From an uncultured Bacillales bacterium (lineage in GTDB: Bacteria > Bacillota_I > Bacilli_A > RF39 > UBA660): a stretch of DNA of 61,804 nt. Below are positions 16,575 through 26,388 of the stretch, one piece after another. The DNA is taken from positions 1-61,804 of the forward strand of contig CAMODE010000003.1 of assembly GCA_946611235.1 (NCBI GenBank), written 5' to 3'. The notes beneath the pieces were generated by a model that saw only the letters and a list, made by a program, of their open reading frames with translations, was not told where the DNA came from and did not search any database. Both the position numbers and the translations under genes were made by a program. Every line of letters begins with the position of its first letter. Position 1 is the stretch's first letter.

Positions 16575-17228
16575 TTAAATTTTCTTTTTTAAAGTTTTAT
16601 TATTTTTAATCATTAAAAAATCAAAACTATTAGTGTACATATTAGATACTATAGTATCGTATGAAAAAGTTTTATCAACTTGTGTATCTCCTAATTTATT
16701 AGGATTGGCTACATAAAATTCATTATTTGAGCTATTTACACTTGTAATAGCTATATAATGACCACCATTTGAAAAAGTTTTTGGATAATTATTGTTCCAA
16801 GGCCCTACACAAACCATTGCCATATATTCGTTCATAATCATATCTAAAATTTGTTCTTTTTTTAATTCTGGATGTTCATAACTTAATTTAATTAATACAT
16901 AATTAATGTCACAAATTTGTTCTTCTATCAACCTATTTAATAAATATATATATCCAATATCTCTTGTTCCTTTTCTGTTGTTTGCTAAGTCATTATAAAA
17001 ATCAATCTGATTTCCATATTCATCTAGTAGCATTCTTTTAGCAATATCTTCAGGAGTTTGATTATACCCTAAACTAGATAAAATAGTAGCTATAGTGGCA
17101 GGTCCACATCCTTGATTGTCAATTCTCCAATTATGTATACCTTGAACATCTCCATACATATATTGTTTATATCTAATAGTTCTTTTTCTTCCAAATTCAT
17201 TTGGTTCTATAATCTCATATTTATTCAT
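16575..17228 (-). CDS. Peptidase C39-like (papain-fold) domain protein
   Basis: NQGCGPATIATILSSLGY catalytic-Cys context and a later GGHYIAI His context. Overlaps the upstream NlpC/P60 gene by 4 nt. Confidence 0.65.
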   Translation of the reverse strand: MNKYEIIEPNEFGRKRTIRYKQYMYGDVQGIHNWRIDNQGCGPATIATILSSLGYNQTPEDIAKRMLLDEYGNQIDFYNDLANNRKGTRDIGYIYLLNRLIEEQICDINYVLIKLSYEHPELKKEQILDMIMNEYMAMVCVGPWNNNYPKTFSNGGHYIAITSVNSSNNEFYVANPNKLGDTQVDKTFSYDTIVSNMYTNSFDFLMIKNNKTLKKKI

Positions 17229-17776
17229 TTTTTAGTCCTTTCTAATATCTTACTATCAGAAAAGATATCTTTATTTGCTACTAAAACTTCTTTCCAATAT
17301 TCATTATTATCAAAATTACTAATGATAACTTGTCCTTTTGGTCTAGAACAATGAATAAAATAATTATCGCCTAAATAAATACCACAATGACCTGGATATT
17401 TATTATCTACTTTAGGAATTGTATCGTTCATAGATTGTCTATGAAAGAATAAAATATCACCTTTTCTGATAATACTTAAATCTTTATTTGGGTCGTTTTC
17501 CCTAAATAATATAGTTTTTCCATAATTGTTTGTCATTATTTTAGTTGTAGTTGATAGTCCAAATCCTCGATTATATAAATTTATTCTAAATATTTCATAA
17601 TATAAAAACCAAACAAATCCAGCACAATCAAAAGTATTTGCCCCATTTTTTCCATGTTCATACAATTTATGATGTTGCAATAATGCTAGTTTTATAATTT
17701 TTTCTCTTAATTCATTTTCTTTAAAATCTACTTTAATCACTCCAATCTTTTTTCTATTAAAAACATTTGCAATCAA
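17225..17776 (-). CDS. NlpC/P60 family cell-wall hydrolase
   Basis: FDCAGFVWFLY (catalytic Cys) and GHCGIYLG..YFIHC (His) motifs. Confidence 0.75.
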   Translation of the reverse strand: MIANVFNRKKIGVIKVDFKENELREKIIKLALLQHHKLYEHGKNGANTFDCAGFVWFLYYEIFRINLYNRGFGLSTTTKIMTNNYGKTILFRENDPNKDLSIIRKGDILFFHRQSMNDTIPKVDNKYPGHCGIYLGDNYFIHCSRPKGQVIISNFDNNEYWKEVLVANKDIFSDSKILERTKK

Positions 17777-17971
17777 ATTTTAAATGATGATACATTAATA
17801 CAATACACTTTCTCATATAAATCACCCTCAAAAACACAAGATATTATAACAGATTATAATTATATGGTCAATTTTTGCCACATAAAATCGCAGAAATCCG
17901 AAAAAAATTACATAACTAATGGATTTTCGTTTTTAACTAACTCTATTTGGAGTTAGTAACATACTACCAAG

Positions 17972-18160
17972 ATGGACGAGCCATCTAGGCGTGTGCAAAT
18001 CATCGAAGAAAAAACTACTAAACAACTAAATCAATTAGAAATAGATAATATTATTGATGAATCAATTAATTTGTATATTATCTCTGATTTATTAGATTTA
18101 AAGTTAATAACTGAAAAACAATTTTATATTTTAAAAGAAAAGATTAAAAGTTTTTATTAA
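17972..18160 (+). CDS. 62-aa hypothetical protein upstream of the recombinase pseudogene
   Basis: ORF only, no motif recognised. Confidence 0.35.
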   Translation: MDEPSRRVQIIEEKTTKQLNQLEIDNIIDESINLYIISDLLDLKLITEKQFYILKEKIKSFY

Positions 18161-18254
18161 AAAGTACAGATTTATACAAAAATAAGGTATAATGCTATTG
18201 AACGGAGTATTTAGTTCAAAATGAAATTTGAAGAATTAAGAAAGTGAGGTGCAA

Positions 18255-18555
18255 ATGGCACAAGTTGAGATTATAACTGCTAATCTCAAATGTGAAGATA
18301 ATAATACTACTGTTGCAAATTAAAAAAAGAGTTTGTGCTTATGGTCGAGTTTCTACTGATGATGAAGAACAATTAACAAGTTATAACTCACAAATTAAAT
18401 ATTACACTGAAAAGATAAAATCTAATCTTGATTGGGAATTTGTAGAAATATATGCTGATGAGGGTATTTCTGGAACACAAGTTAAGAATAGAACTGAATT
18501 TAGGCGTATGATAGATGATGCTATGAATGGCAAAAAAGGGAGTCACAAACACTAG
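18255..18555 (+). pseudogene. Large serine recombinase, frameshifted and truncated after about 90 codons
   Basis: MAQVEIITANLK... (ATG 18255) stops at 18321. The +1 frame continues KKRVCAYGRVSTDDEEQLTSYNSQ...YADEGISGTQVKNRTEFRRMIDDAMNGK (resolvase catalytic Ser context), then ends abruptly at 18555 with no recombinase or zinc-ribbon domains. Confidence 0.75.
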
Positions 18556-18730
18556 TTCAAACTTAATATCTTTGACTCCACTTAATTTCATATTATATTT
18601 TTTATTAATTGTGCTTTTGACCATAGTGTACCTCTTTTTTAATAAAAGACGGATACTGCTTGTCATTTATTGGTTTTATATAATATACTTAAAAGTTTAT
18701 TTTGTCAATTTCCTGATTAGGGTATAGATA

Positions 18731-19012
18731 TTAGTTATATTTTAAATAGTTTTCTAATTCAGATAATTTAATCTTATTATTTAAGTTTTCAATAAATATC
18801 TCATTATAATAATTAAAAGCTAGAAAGGTTATATCATTAATTATGATTCTATGTGGCTCTAGATATGTAAGATTAGTTTTATCTATTGTTCTTAAATTAC
18901 CATTAATAATAATTGGTTTAACTCTACAAAACTCACAAATAAACTCTAATCTCTTTTTTAATGATTCTTCCATCCTAACTTCTTGCTTGATAACATTTAC
19001 CATTTTAATCAA
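18731..19012 (-). CDS. 93-aa hypothetical protein
   Basis: ORF only. Confidence 0.4.
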   Translation of the reverse strand: MIKMVNVIKQEVRMEESLKKRLEFICEFCRVKPIIINGNLRTIDKTNLTYLEPHRIIINDITFLAFNYYNEIFIENLNNKIKLSELENYLKYN

Positions 19013-19120
19013 TCCTTTCTTTGAAAGACTTTTTTCTAAACAAGAAAAAAATCAATCCTAATTTAGAATTGATTGTCTATTTATTCTCGAAACTTATAAA
19101 AAGTTCGAGCGGATTTTCCT

Positions 19121-19194
19121 ATGGTGCCGTAACGGTGAATTGAACACCGATTAAAGCCTTACCATGGCCTCGTAATACCATTATACTATTACGG
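19121..19194 (-). tRNA. tRNA-Thr (anticodon GGU), CCA encoded
   Basis: Hand-folded cloverleaf: GCCGTAA-TA-GTAT-AATGGTA-TTAC-G-AGGCC-ATGGTAA-GGCTT-TAAT-CGGTG-TTCAATT-CACCG-TTACGGC-A-CCA. It has a 7-bp acceptor stem, 5-bp anticodon and T stems, U33, A37, and is 74 nt long. Confidence 0.9.
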
Positions 19195-19335
19195 CAGAGA
19201 TGAATTGGTACTAAATGTTCAATTCACCGTAGTACTGGGCATAATATAAGTACCATTCCTGCTGCATGACCAAAAAGGTTTCCGCAGGCATAAACTCCGA
19301 CGGTAGCCGCCGTACTATATCATAAAAATTAATAT

Positions 19336-20139
19336 CTATTTAAAGAATATTAGTTTTATGAATACGATTAATGCTAGTATTACTCTATAAAAAGCAAATA
19401 CTGAGAAATCATGTTTCTTTATATAACTAAGGAGGAATTTTATTGATATTATTCCCATTGAGAAGGAAGATAATATTCCTACGATTACTTCCTTAGTTAA
19501 AGAAAGATCTTTTAGTTCTAAAATAGTTGCTCCACATATTACAGGTACAGATAAAAGAAAGGTAAACTTTGTTACGGCCTCTTTTGATAGTCCTTGAAGT
19601 CGACCTGCGAGAATAGTTGTTCCTGATCTTGAAAAACCGGGAATTAGAGCAAATATTTGAGATATACCTATTATTAGTGCTTCTTTGATCGTAATACTAT
19701 CAAAGTCTTTTTCTTTTTTATAATGCTTACTTGCCCATTTATCTCCGATAAAGATAAATAATCCCATAATAGAAAGAGCAAGATCTATTATCCATATTTT
19801 ATCTCTAATGATATTTTCGATGATATCATCAAATAATAAGCCTGCGATGGCAGATGGTACTGTGGCTATTACTAAATACCAAAATATTTTACCATTGGTA
19901 TTTAGTTTTTTTTCTTTAATACTAGTAATAGCTCCAGTAAAGAGAATCCACCAATCTTTAAAGAAAATTAATAGAACTGCGAGCATTGTACCAAAATGAA
20001 GGGCTATATCAAATGATAGCCCACCACTCTTCCATCCTAATAGATAGGGAATTAATATTAAATGCGCAGATGATGATATTGGTAAAAATTCCGCAATCCC
20101 CTGAATAATTCCAAGTATTACCGCCTTAAATACGCTCAT
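19336..20139 (-). CDS. uppP: Undecaprenyl-diphosphate phosphatase
   Basis: GIAEFLPISSSAHLIL N-terminal signature, multi-TM, 267 aa. Confidence 0.9.
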   Translation of the reverse strand: MSVFKAVILGIIQGIAEFLPISSSAHLILIPYLLGWKSGGLSFDIALHFGTMLAVLLIFFKDWWILFTGAITSIKEKKLNTNGKIFWYLVIATVPSAIAGLLFDDIIENIIRDKIWIIDLALSIMGLFIFIGDKWASKHYKKEKDFDSITIKEALIIGISQIFALIPGFSRSGTTILAGRLQGLSKEAVTKFTFLLSVPVICGATILELKDLSLTKEVIVGILSSFSMGIISIKFLLSYIKKHDFSVFAFYRVILALIVFIKLIFFK

Positions 20140-20156
20140 AATATCTCCTTGTTATT

Positions 20157-21398
20157 TTAGTTATTTTCTTTTAATACATCTATTGCCTTTCTCATAGTTA
20201 AATCAAATTTAACTCTTTCTAAACTTCCAAGATGTTCCATAGCATGTTCTTCTGTAATACCATTTTCTTCAGCTATTTTCTTTACTTCTTCTTTAGCTTC
20301 TTTATCAGTAGTAGTTATTTTTTCTTCTTTGATAATAGCTTCAAGTAAATATCTATATCTTAATCTTATTTCAGCTTCTTTCTTCATGTCTTTCATAACG
20401 TCTTCTTTAGTAGTTTTAGAATATGCATAATATAATTCTTCGCTAATACCAGAACCTTGTAGTCTCTTAGTGAAATCATTATACATATATTTTACTTCAT
20501 CATCAATGATTTCTTCATCGATTTCTACTTTCATATTTTTAGAAGCTGCTTCAAGTAGATCTTCAGTGAATTTATTATCAGCCATTTCTTCTTTTTGTGC
20601 AAGTAGTTCTTCTTCTACTTTTTTATCTAATTCTTCTTTAGTAGTTACGCCTTCCATATCTAAGTCTTTAAAAAAGTCTTCGTCTAATTCTGGAACTACT
20701 CTCTTTTTAATATCATGTAGAGTTACATTAAATACAACTTCTTTTCCTGCTAGGTCTTTTGCCATATAGTCTTCTGGGAATGTTAAGTTAATGTCTTTTG
20801 ACTCTTCCTTTTTCATTCCTACAACGCCTTCTTCAAAGCCTGGTATAAATGAGTGACTACCTAGTTCTAATGAATAGTTCTCGGCACTTCCTCCTTCGAA
20901 AGCCTCGTTATCTTTAAATCCTTTAAAGTCAATAATGACAGTATCTCCCATTTCGGCTTTACCATCTTTGGATACTAACTCAGCAAATCTATCTAAGATA
21001 TGTCCTTCTTCATGTTCAATTTCTTCTTTAGTTACTTTTACTTCCTCTTTTTTTACTTTAAGACCCTTATAATTTCCTAAAGTTACTTCTGGTTGTAATA
21101 TAAAAGTCATATTTACTTCAAAGCCTTTGTCATCTGCTTTTACTATTTCTAGTTTTGGTTCTACAACTGGAAGTAATTTGTCTTTAATGATTGTTTCTCT
21201 ATATTTGACATCAATCATTTCTTCCATGGCTTCAGAAATAATATCTCCCGTTCCATATTTCTTTTCAAATATATTTCTAGGACACTTACCTGGTCTAAAA
21301 CCATCTACTTTTACTTTCTTTACGATTTTTTCAAATGCTTTTGTTTTTGCTTCTTCCCAAACACTGCCTTCTACTTTGTAATTTACTACTTTTTTCAT
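20157..21398 (-). CDS. tig: Trigger factor
   Basis: VDGFRPGKCP motif, FKBP-type middle domain, acidic C-terminal domain, 413 aa. Confidence 0.9.
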   Translation of the reverse strand: MKKVVNYKVEGSVWEEAKTKAFEKIVKKVKVDGFRPGKCPRNIFEKKYGTGDIISEAMEEMIDVKYRETIIKDKLLPVVEPKLEIVKADDKGFEVNMTFILQPEVTLGNYKGLKVKKEEVKVTKEEIEHEEGHILDRFAELVSKDGKAEMGDTVIIDFKGFKDNEAFEGGSAENYSLELGSHSFIPGFEEGVVGMKKEESKDINLTFPEDYMAKDLAGKEVVFNVTLHDIKKRVVPELDEDFFKDLDMEGVTTKEELDKKVEEELLAQKEEMADNKFTEDLLEAASKNMKVEIDEEIIDDEVKYMYNDFTKRLQGSGISEELYYAYSKTTKEDVMKDMKKEAEIRLRYRYLLEAIIKEEKITTTDKEAKEEVKKIAEENGITEEHAMEHLGSLERVKFDLTMRKAIDVLKENN

Positions 21399-21411
21399 TA
21401 TTTAACCTCCC

Positions 21412-21879
21412 TTAGCAAATTGCTACTATTTCTACTTCGTATTCACCATTAGGTGATGCTACTTTCTTTATTTCTCCAACTTTAGCATTCATGATTGCTT
21501 TAGCTATTGGACTTTCATTTGATATTTTATTGTTTGATGGATCGGCTTCTTTAGAACCTACTATTCTGTATTCTTCGATTTCATCATCATCTACATACTT
21601 AATTTTAACAGTAGTACCAAGTGATACTTTATCTGTACTTCCTTTTTGAATAATATGAGCATTCTCCATTATTTTTTCTAGTTCTTGGATTCTTCCCTCA
21701 ACTTGTGCTTGTTCTGCTCTTGCTGCGTCATAGTCAGCATTTTCGGATAAATCTCCAAGTGCTCTAGCTTCTTTTAAAGCTTTAATTACTTCTGGTCTCT
21801 TAACATTTTTAAGTTCATTTAATTCTTCTTCTAACTCAAGAAATCCTTCATCAGTTAGATATACTTTATTATCATTCAT
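21412..21879 (-). CDS. greA: Transcription elongation factor GreA
   Basis: LT.EG...LE.EL..L....RPEV...L..AR.LGDLSENADYDAAR signature, 155 aa. Confidence 0.92.
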   Translation of the reverse strand: MNDNKVYLTDEGFLELEEELNELKNVKRPEVIKALKEARALGDLSENADYDAARAEQAQVEGRIQELEKIMENAHIIQKGSTDKVSLGTTVKIKYVDDDEIEEYRIVGSKEADPSNNKISNESPIAKAIMNAKVGEIKKVASPNGEYEVEIVAIC

Positions 21880-21994
21880 TTTAAATTCTCCTTCTTTTTT
21901 TAATTTTCATTACAATTCAAAATTGTACTATTATTTTTTTCTTTTGTCAATAATTATTTTTACTATTTTAGTATATTCTTTTTTTAATATAATG

Positions 21995-23197
21995 TTAGTC
22001 AATTTTTATTCTTATCATATCCCCTTTATATACTTTTTTATCTAATTTAAACTTTAATATTTCTTCAGGATGTCTTCCGATATTTACTTTTTCATTTTCT
22101 TCATTATATATATCTGGCATTATAAAACTAAATGTTTCAATATTAGGTCCAAATACTTCTACTGCATCTCCTGTTTTAAAATAATTTCTTTCAGTAATAG
22201 TAACCATCTTTGTTTCTTCATTATAGTCTTCAACTATTCCTAAAAAGTCTTGATTAGATACTTCGTTTCTACCTAAATAGTATTGTTCATCTACTGAAGG
22301 TAGTTTATTATAGAACTGAGGCACTGCTTCTCTATTTGCAACACGCTCTAATACTTTTTTATAATGCTTTATTTTTTCTTCGTTTAAAGCACTATTATAA
22401 TAGTCATCAATCATAGAACGATATGTATTAATAACAGTGGCTACATAATAGTTACTTCGCATTCTTCCTTCGACTTTTAAGGATGATACTCCTACTTCGA
22501 TCATATCTTTTATATAATCAATCATCATTAAATCTTTCGATGAAGCTGTAAACTTGGTATCACTTTCAATTATATTTAAATTAGAATCATATAGGGGAAA
22601 CTCCCATCTACAAATTTGAGCACATCCTCCCCTATTGGCATCTCTATTTGTTAAGTAATTAGAAAGAACACATCTACCAGAGTATGATGAACACATGGCT
22701 CCATGAATAAAGCATTCTACTTCCATACCGGTACTATCTATAATTTCTTTTATTTCTTCTCGAGATAGTTCTCTAGCTAAGACTACTCTTTCTACTCCTA
22801 GAGACTTCCAAAACTTAACAGTCTCTACATTAAGAGTAGAGCTTTGCGTAGATATATGCATCTTTAGATTAAGTTTATGTTTATTTATTAAATCTATTAC
22901 TAATACATCAGATATTATTAGAGCATCTACTTTAATTCTTTCTAATTCTTTTAAATAGTCTAATAATTTATCTTCATTTTTATTATGAAATGCTATATTT
23001 ACTGTTACATAGACTTTTTTACCTAGATTATGAGCAAAATTAACTGCTTCTTCCATTTCTTCTATACTAAAGTTTTTAGCATTAGCACGAAGTGAGAAAT
23101 CTCTTCCTCCGATATAGCAGGCATCTGCTCCATACATATAAGCAAACTTTAATTTCTCTAAATTTCCTGCAGGAGCAAGTAATTCTATTTTTTTCAT
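21995..23197 (-). CDS. Peptidase U32 family protein (YrrO/TrhP-like)
   Basis: ELLAPAGNLEKLKFAYMYGADACYIGG..FSLRA and a Cys-rich centre. Its position matches B. subtilis yrrM-yrrN-yrrO-(udk)-greA. Confidence 0.85.
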   Translation of the reverse strand: MKKIELLAPAGNLEKLKFAYMYGADACYIGGRDFSLRANAKNFSIEEMEEAVNFAHNLGKKVYVTVNIAFHNKNEDKLLDYLKELERIKVDALIISDVLVIDLINKHKLNLKMHISTQSSTLNVETVKFWKSLGVERVVLARELSREEIKEIIDSTGMEVECFIHGAMCSSYSGRCVLSNYLTNRDANRGGCAQICRWEFPLYDSNLNIIESDTKFTASSKDLMMIDYIKDMIEVGVSSLKVEGRMRSNYYVATVINTYRSMIDDYYNSALNEEKIKHYKKVLERVANREAVPQFYNKLPSVDEQYYLGRNEVSNQDFLGIVEDYNEETKMVTITERNYFKTGDAVEVFGPNIETFSFIMPDIYNEENEKVNIGRHPEEILKFKLDKKVYKGDMIRIKID

Positions 23198-24003
23198 TAT
23201 TCTTCCTCCTTTAGTTTAAAGATTGTCTCTTTATCAAAGAATCCAGTATAAGTATTATCTTCTTTTTCTTTATTTATATATTTATCAATGATACTTATAT
23301 CATCTATATATGATAAGTCTATTACGATATTATCTATCTTATCTATTTTATCTAATTCATTTATTAAATTAATTAATGGACTATAAATAATAGTACCATA
23401 TTCTTTTTCTTTAATCATATACTTATTCTCTTTATCAAAGATATAGTATGTATCATCTTCTTTTTCTTTATTAATATATTTAAAATAATTAGTAAGTAAA
23501 TATCTTCTTGAATAGAATATTGGTAAATATCCATATATGGTATAATATACTTCCATATTAGTCTTTTCTTTTATTTCATTTATTTCTCTATAAGTAAGAT
23601 CTGATGATATATAGGTACTAGATACTCCTCTTTCTTTATAAAAAGTATTACTTCCTATACTTAGATTTAAATGTTCTCCATAGATTATTAGTTTATTCTT
23701 TATATTAAGTTCTTTTATGATATTAAATACTCCTAGATCTTGAAATAAGATATTGATATCTTTATCTTTTACTTTAAGTAGTACTTCTTTTACATAATCT
23801 AAATCTTTATTATGAATCATTTTATTAATAGCAATAGTTATATTAATATTTGATTCTTCTTTTAATTTAATTATACTATCAATATCTAATTCTAAATTAT
23901 AAATAGAAAGATTCTTTATACCTATTATTAATTCTTTAATATTTTTCTTTATTAAGATATTAATATCTTCTTTATTACCAGGTATAACAACTATATTACT
24001 CAT
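23197..24003 (-). CDS. U32-family-like partner protein (YrrN-like, divergent)
   Basis: Assigned mainly by its position between the methyltransferase and the U32 gene, with start/stop overlaps on both sides. Confidence 0.5.
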   Translation of the reverse strand: MSNIVVIPGNKEDINILIKKNIKELIIGIKNLSIYNLELDIDSIIKLKEESNINITIAINKMIHNKDLDYVKEVLLKVKDKDINILFQDLGVFNIIKELNIKNKLIIYGEHLNLSIGSNTFYKERGVSSTYISSDLTYREINEIKEKTNMEVYYTIYGYLPIFYSRRYLLTNYFKYINKEKEDDTYYIFDKENKYMIKEKEYGTIIYSPLINLINELDKIDKIDNIVIDLSYIDDISIIDKYINKEKEDNTYTGFFDKETIFKLKEEE

Positions 24004-24577
24004 TTTCTATTCTCCTTTTTGATATCGAAATAGTATCTCCTACTGGGATATAAGTAGTTGTAAATTCTTTATTATTATCTAAGAAATCAATATAACTTTT
24101 TATTTTATTTACTATTCCTTTTTGATTCTTTGTTTTAATTAATGAAGAATCTTCAACTAAGCCATGAAAAGATAAATTATCGGTTATTATTACTCCATCA
24201 ATACTAAGATTATTTTTAAATTTTTCAAAGAAGTAAGTATTCTTTCCTTTAGCAGCATCAATAAAGATTAAATCAAAGTTACCATCTATATCGATATCAC
24301 AAGCATCTCCATATATAATATTTATTCTATCTTCTAGATTATATTTATATATATTAGATACTGCTACCTCATATCTATCTTTATCTCTTTCAATAGTAGT
24401 TACTTTTATATCATTACTAATACTTGCCATCATAATACTAGAGTATCCTATGGCAGAGCCTATTTCTAAGATATTTTTGATATTATTTTCTTTAATAAAA
24501 TTACATAAATATAAGATACCATCTTTTTGCATTATTGGTATATTATTCTCTTTGGCATATAATTCTAATTCTTCCAT
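23996..24577 (-). CDS. Class I SAM-dependent O-methyltransferase (YrrM/TrmR-like)
   Basis: ILEIGSAIGYSSI (motif I) and FIDAAK motifs, plus synteny with the U32 genes. Confidence 0.8.
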   Translation of the reverse strand: MEELELYAKENNIPIMQKDGILYLCNFIKENNIKNILEIGSAIGYSSIMMASISNDIKVTTIERDKDRYEVAVSNIYKYNLEDRINIIYGDACDIDIDGNFDLIFIDAAKGKNTYFFEKFKNNLSIDGVIITDNLSFHGLVEDSSLIKTKNQKGIVNKIKSYIDFLDNNKEFTTTYIPVGDTISISKRRIENE

Positions 24578-24810
24578 ACTATCACCTTACGAAAAAAGAA
24601 AAAGAGTAATCTCTTTCTTTATTATTCTTATTTTTCCTTGCACATATAATATAGCATAAAATATACTTATAGTCAATTATTTTATTAGATTTTTTTATAT
24701 GCTCTAACACGAATTAACAAGTTAATTCTTACTATCCTTTACTAGATTATTCTTGTATATTATCTTTACTCTAGATATAAGGAATAGAAAGTAATAAATA
24801 AAAATTGTTT

Positions 24811-25284
24811 TTAGTTAAGAATTCTTTTTTTAGAATTAGTTCTATCCCAATAAAAATGATTATTTTCATCTTTAACAATAGAAGGCACTCTTTCAATTTT
24901 CCAACCCTTAACTAAATATTTATTATATTTTTGCTCTGGTTCATTTGAAGTAGTTCTAATTGTCTTGTAAAAAGGATTAATCTTATCATATCCTAAAACA
25001 TTAATCATAAAAGTTTCATACAAAACATCATATTTAACATTAATTTCCATACTATTAAATGCTTCTACATATTGCTTTAATAGTTCGCTTTCTTTTTCAC
25101 TTAATTTACTATGTTCACAATCATATTTATTAGAAAATTCTAAGCCATTGCAATAAATAGCACAAAAACATTCAGGCCATATATAATGGTCATATGGACT
25201 TTTTACTATTTCTCCATTTGGTTTAATATAAAGATAATATTTGCTATTAGTAATTTCTTCAGTATAAGGTATTCCTTTTTCCAT
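24811..25284 (-). CDS. 157-aa hypothetical protein
   Basis: ORF with AAGGAG-like RBS. No motif recognised. Confidence 0.5.
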   Translation of the reverse strand: MEKGIPYTEEITNSKYYLYIKPNGEIVKSPYDHYIWPECFCAIYCNGLEFSNKYDCEHSKLSEKESELLKQYVEAFNSMEINVKYDVLYETFMINVLGYDKINPFYKTIRTTSNEPEQKYNKYLVKGWKIERVPSIVKDENNHFYWDRTNSKKRILN

Positions 25285-25404
25285 TTTTTTACTCCTTTCT
25301 TCAAATAATAAATTGAATCTATCACCAAGATGCCTTATATAATAATATAAAAGTATACATTTGTCAAGTATGTAAGTTCAATATATAATTATAAAGGTGA
25401 TTAT

Positions 25405-26067
25405 ATGAAATATTTTTATTCTTGGGGTTTACTATTTGTTTTGCCATTTACTATTTATGCTTATATGAAAGCTGATAAAAATGTAAGGCTAAAAATGATG
25501 ATATTTGGATCTATATTTGGATTAATGGCTGTTATTTTTGATTATATGTATTTAGACTATTGGAACCCAGTGTACTTATTTGATAATTTTCATTTTGAAG
25601 ACTTTATGTATGGTTTTTTATTTGCTGGAATATTACCTGGTATAAATAATATATTTGGAAGATACAAAATGAAAGGAAAACTAAAAGCAAATTATATATT
25701 AGGCTTTATTTACATATTTCTCATTGTGGCTATTTTTTATTTAATAACTGTTGCTTTAAAATATAATTATATATATGCTCTATCATTAGCACCACTTATT
25801 ATAGGAATAATTTCTTATATAAAAGTCAAAGGAAAAATAACTGATGTTCTAGTAACTATAATTGCATCTTTAACTATTACTATCTTAGTATATAATATTA
25901 TTCTTATAATATATCCAGGAGCCATTAATAATCATTTTTTTATTCAAAATATTTCAGGAATAATTATTTTAAATATTCCAATTGAAGAAATATTATTTGC
26001 AATTTGTTTAGCTGTAGGATGTACATATACATATGAAGCAGTATTTAATCAAAAAATAATTAGATAA
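25405..26067 (+). CDS. Polytopic membrane protein, possibly lycopene-cyclase-domain family
   Basis: About 7 hydrophobic segments. The NIPIEEILFAI motif resembles the PxEE signature of CrtYc/d-type domains. AAAGGTGA RBS upstream. Confidence 0.55.
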   Translation: MKYFYSWGLLFVLPFTIYAYMKADKNVRLKMMIFGSIFGLMAVIFDYMYLDYWNPVYLFDNFHFEDFMYGFLFAGILPGINNIFGRYKMKGKLKANYILGFIYIFLIVAIFYLITVALKYNYIYALSLAPLIIGIISYIKVKGKITDVLVTIIASLTITILVYNIILIIYPGAINNHFFIQNISGIIILNIPIEEILFAICLAVGCTYTYEAVFNQKIIR

Positions 26068-26088
26068 AAGCAATCATAACGATTGCTT

Positions 26089-26328
26089 TTATTCTATTCC
26101 ATCGATACAATTATTATATATCCATTCTTTTAATTCTGCACTATTATTTGTTTCATAATAATTAATTAATTTTGTAAAATACTCTCCTATTTTATCTACT
26201 GGAATACTAATTATACCTTCTCCATTTTTAATCATTTCTTTATTTGCTACAAGATTGGCAACTCTTTTATTTCCATCTAAAAACATTTGGCATCTTTGAA
26301 TCCAGCAAAATAATTCTATACATCTTTC
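26089..26328 (-). pseudogene. 3' fragment of a Doc/Fic-like gene (paralogue of 32295..32945)
   Basis: The frame opens just after a TGA at 26329-31. ERCIELFCWIQRCQMFLDGNKRVANL... aligns with EVMLWIMRRQMFIDGNKRVGML in the full-length copy. The N-terminal two thirds are absent. Confidence 0.6.
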
Positions 26329-26388
26329 TCAATTATAATTGAAGCAAAAAAGATAGGTGCATCAACCTATCTTCAAAGAAAAACAATT

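Noticed and set aside
19195-19335. Possible second tRNA, tmRNA, SRP RNA, 6S or RNase P RNA in the GC-rich spacer
   Set aside because: I found no T-loop with flanking stem, no acceptor/CCA pairing, no SRP helix-8 GGAAGCAGC-type motif, and no RNase P GAGGAAAGUCC in the right position. Only the tRNA-Thr at 19121-19194 folds convincingly. The spacer is kept as an unexplained observation.
20470-21381. Plus-strand ORFs 20470..20769 and 21127..21381, rich in S/L/F
   Set aside because: They are antisense shadows of the acidic, K/E-rich tig gene. The same artefact explains 1588..1947, 6356..6613, 30186..30734, 43616..43954, 44067..44363, 45585..45797, 48422..48796, 49889..50173, 51271..51657, 54565..54828 and 55608..55976.
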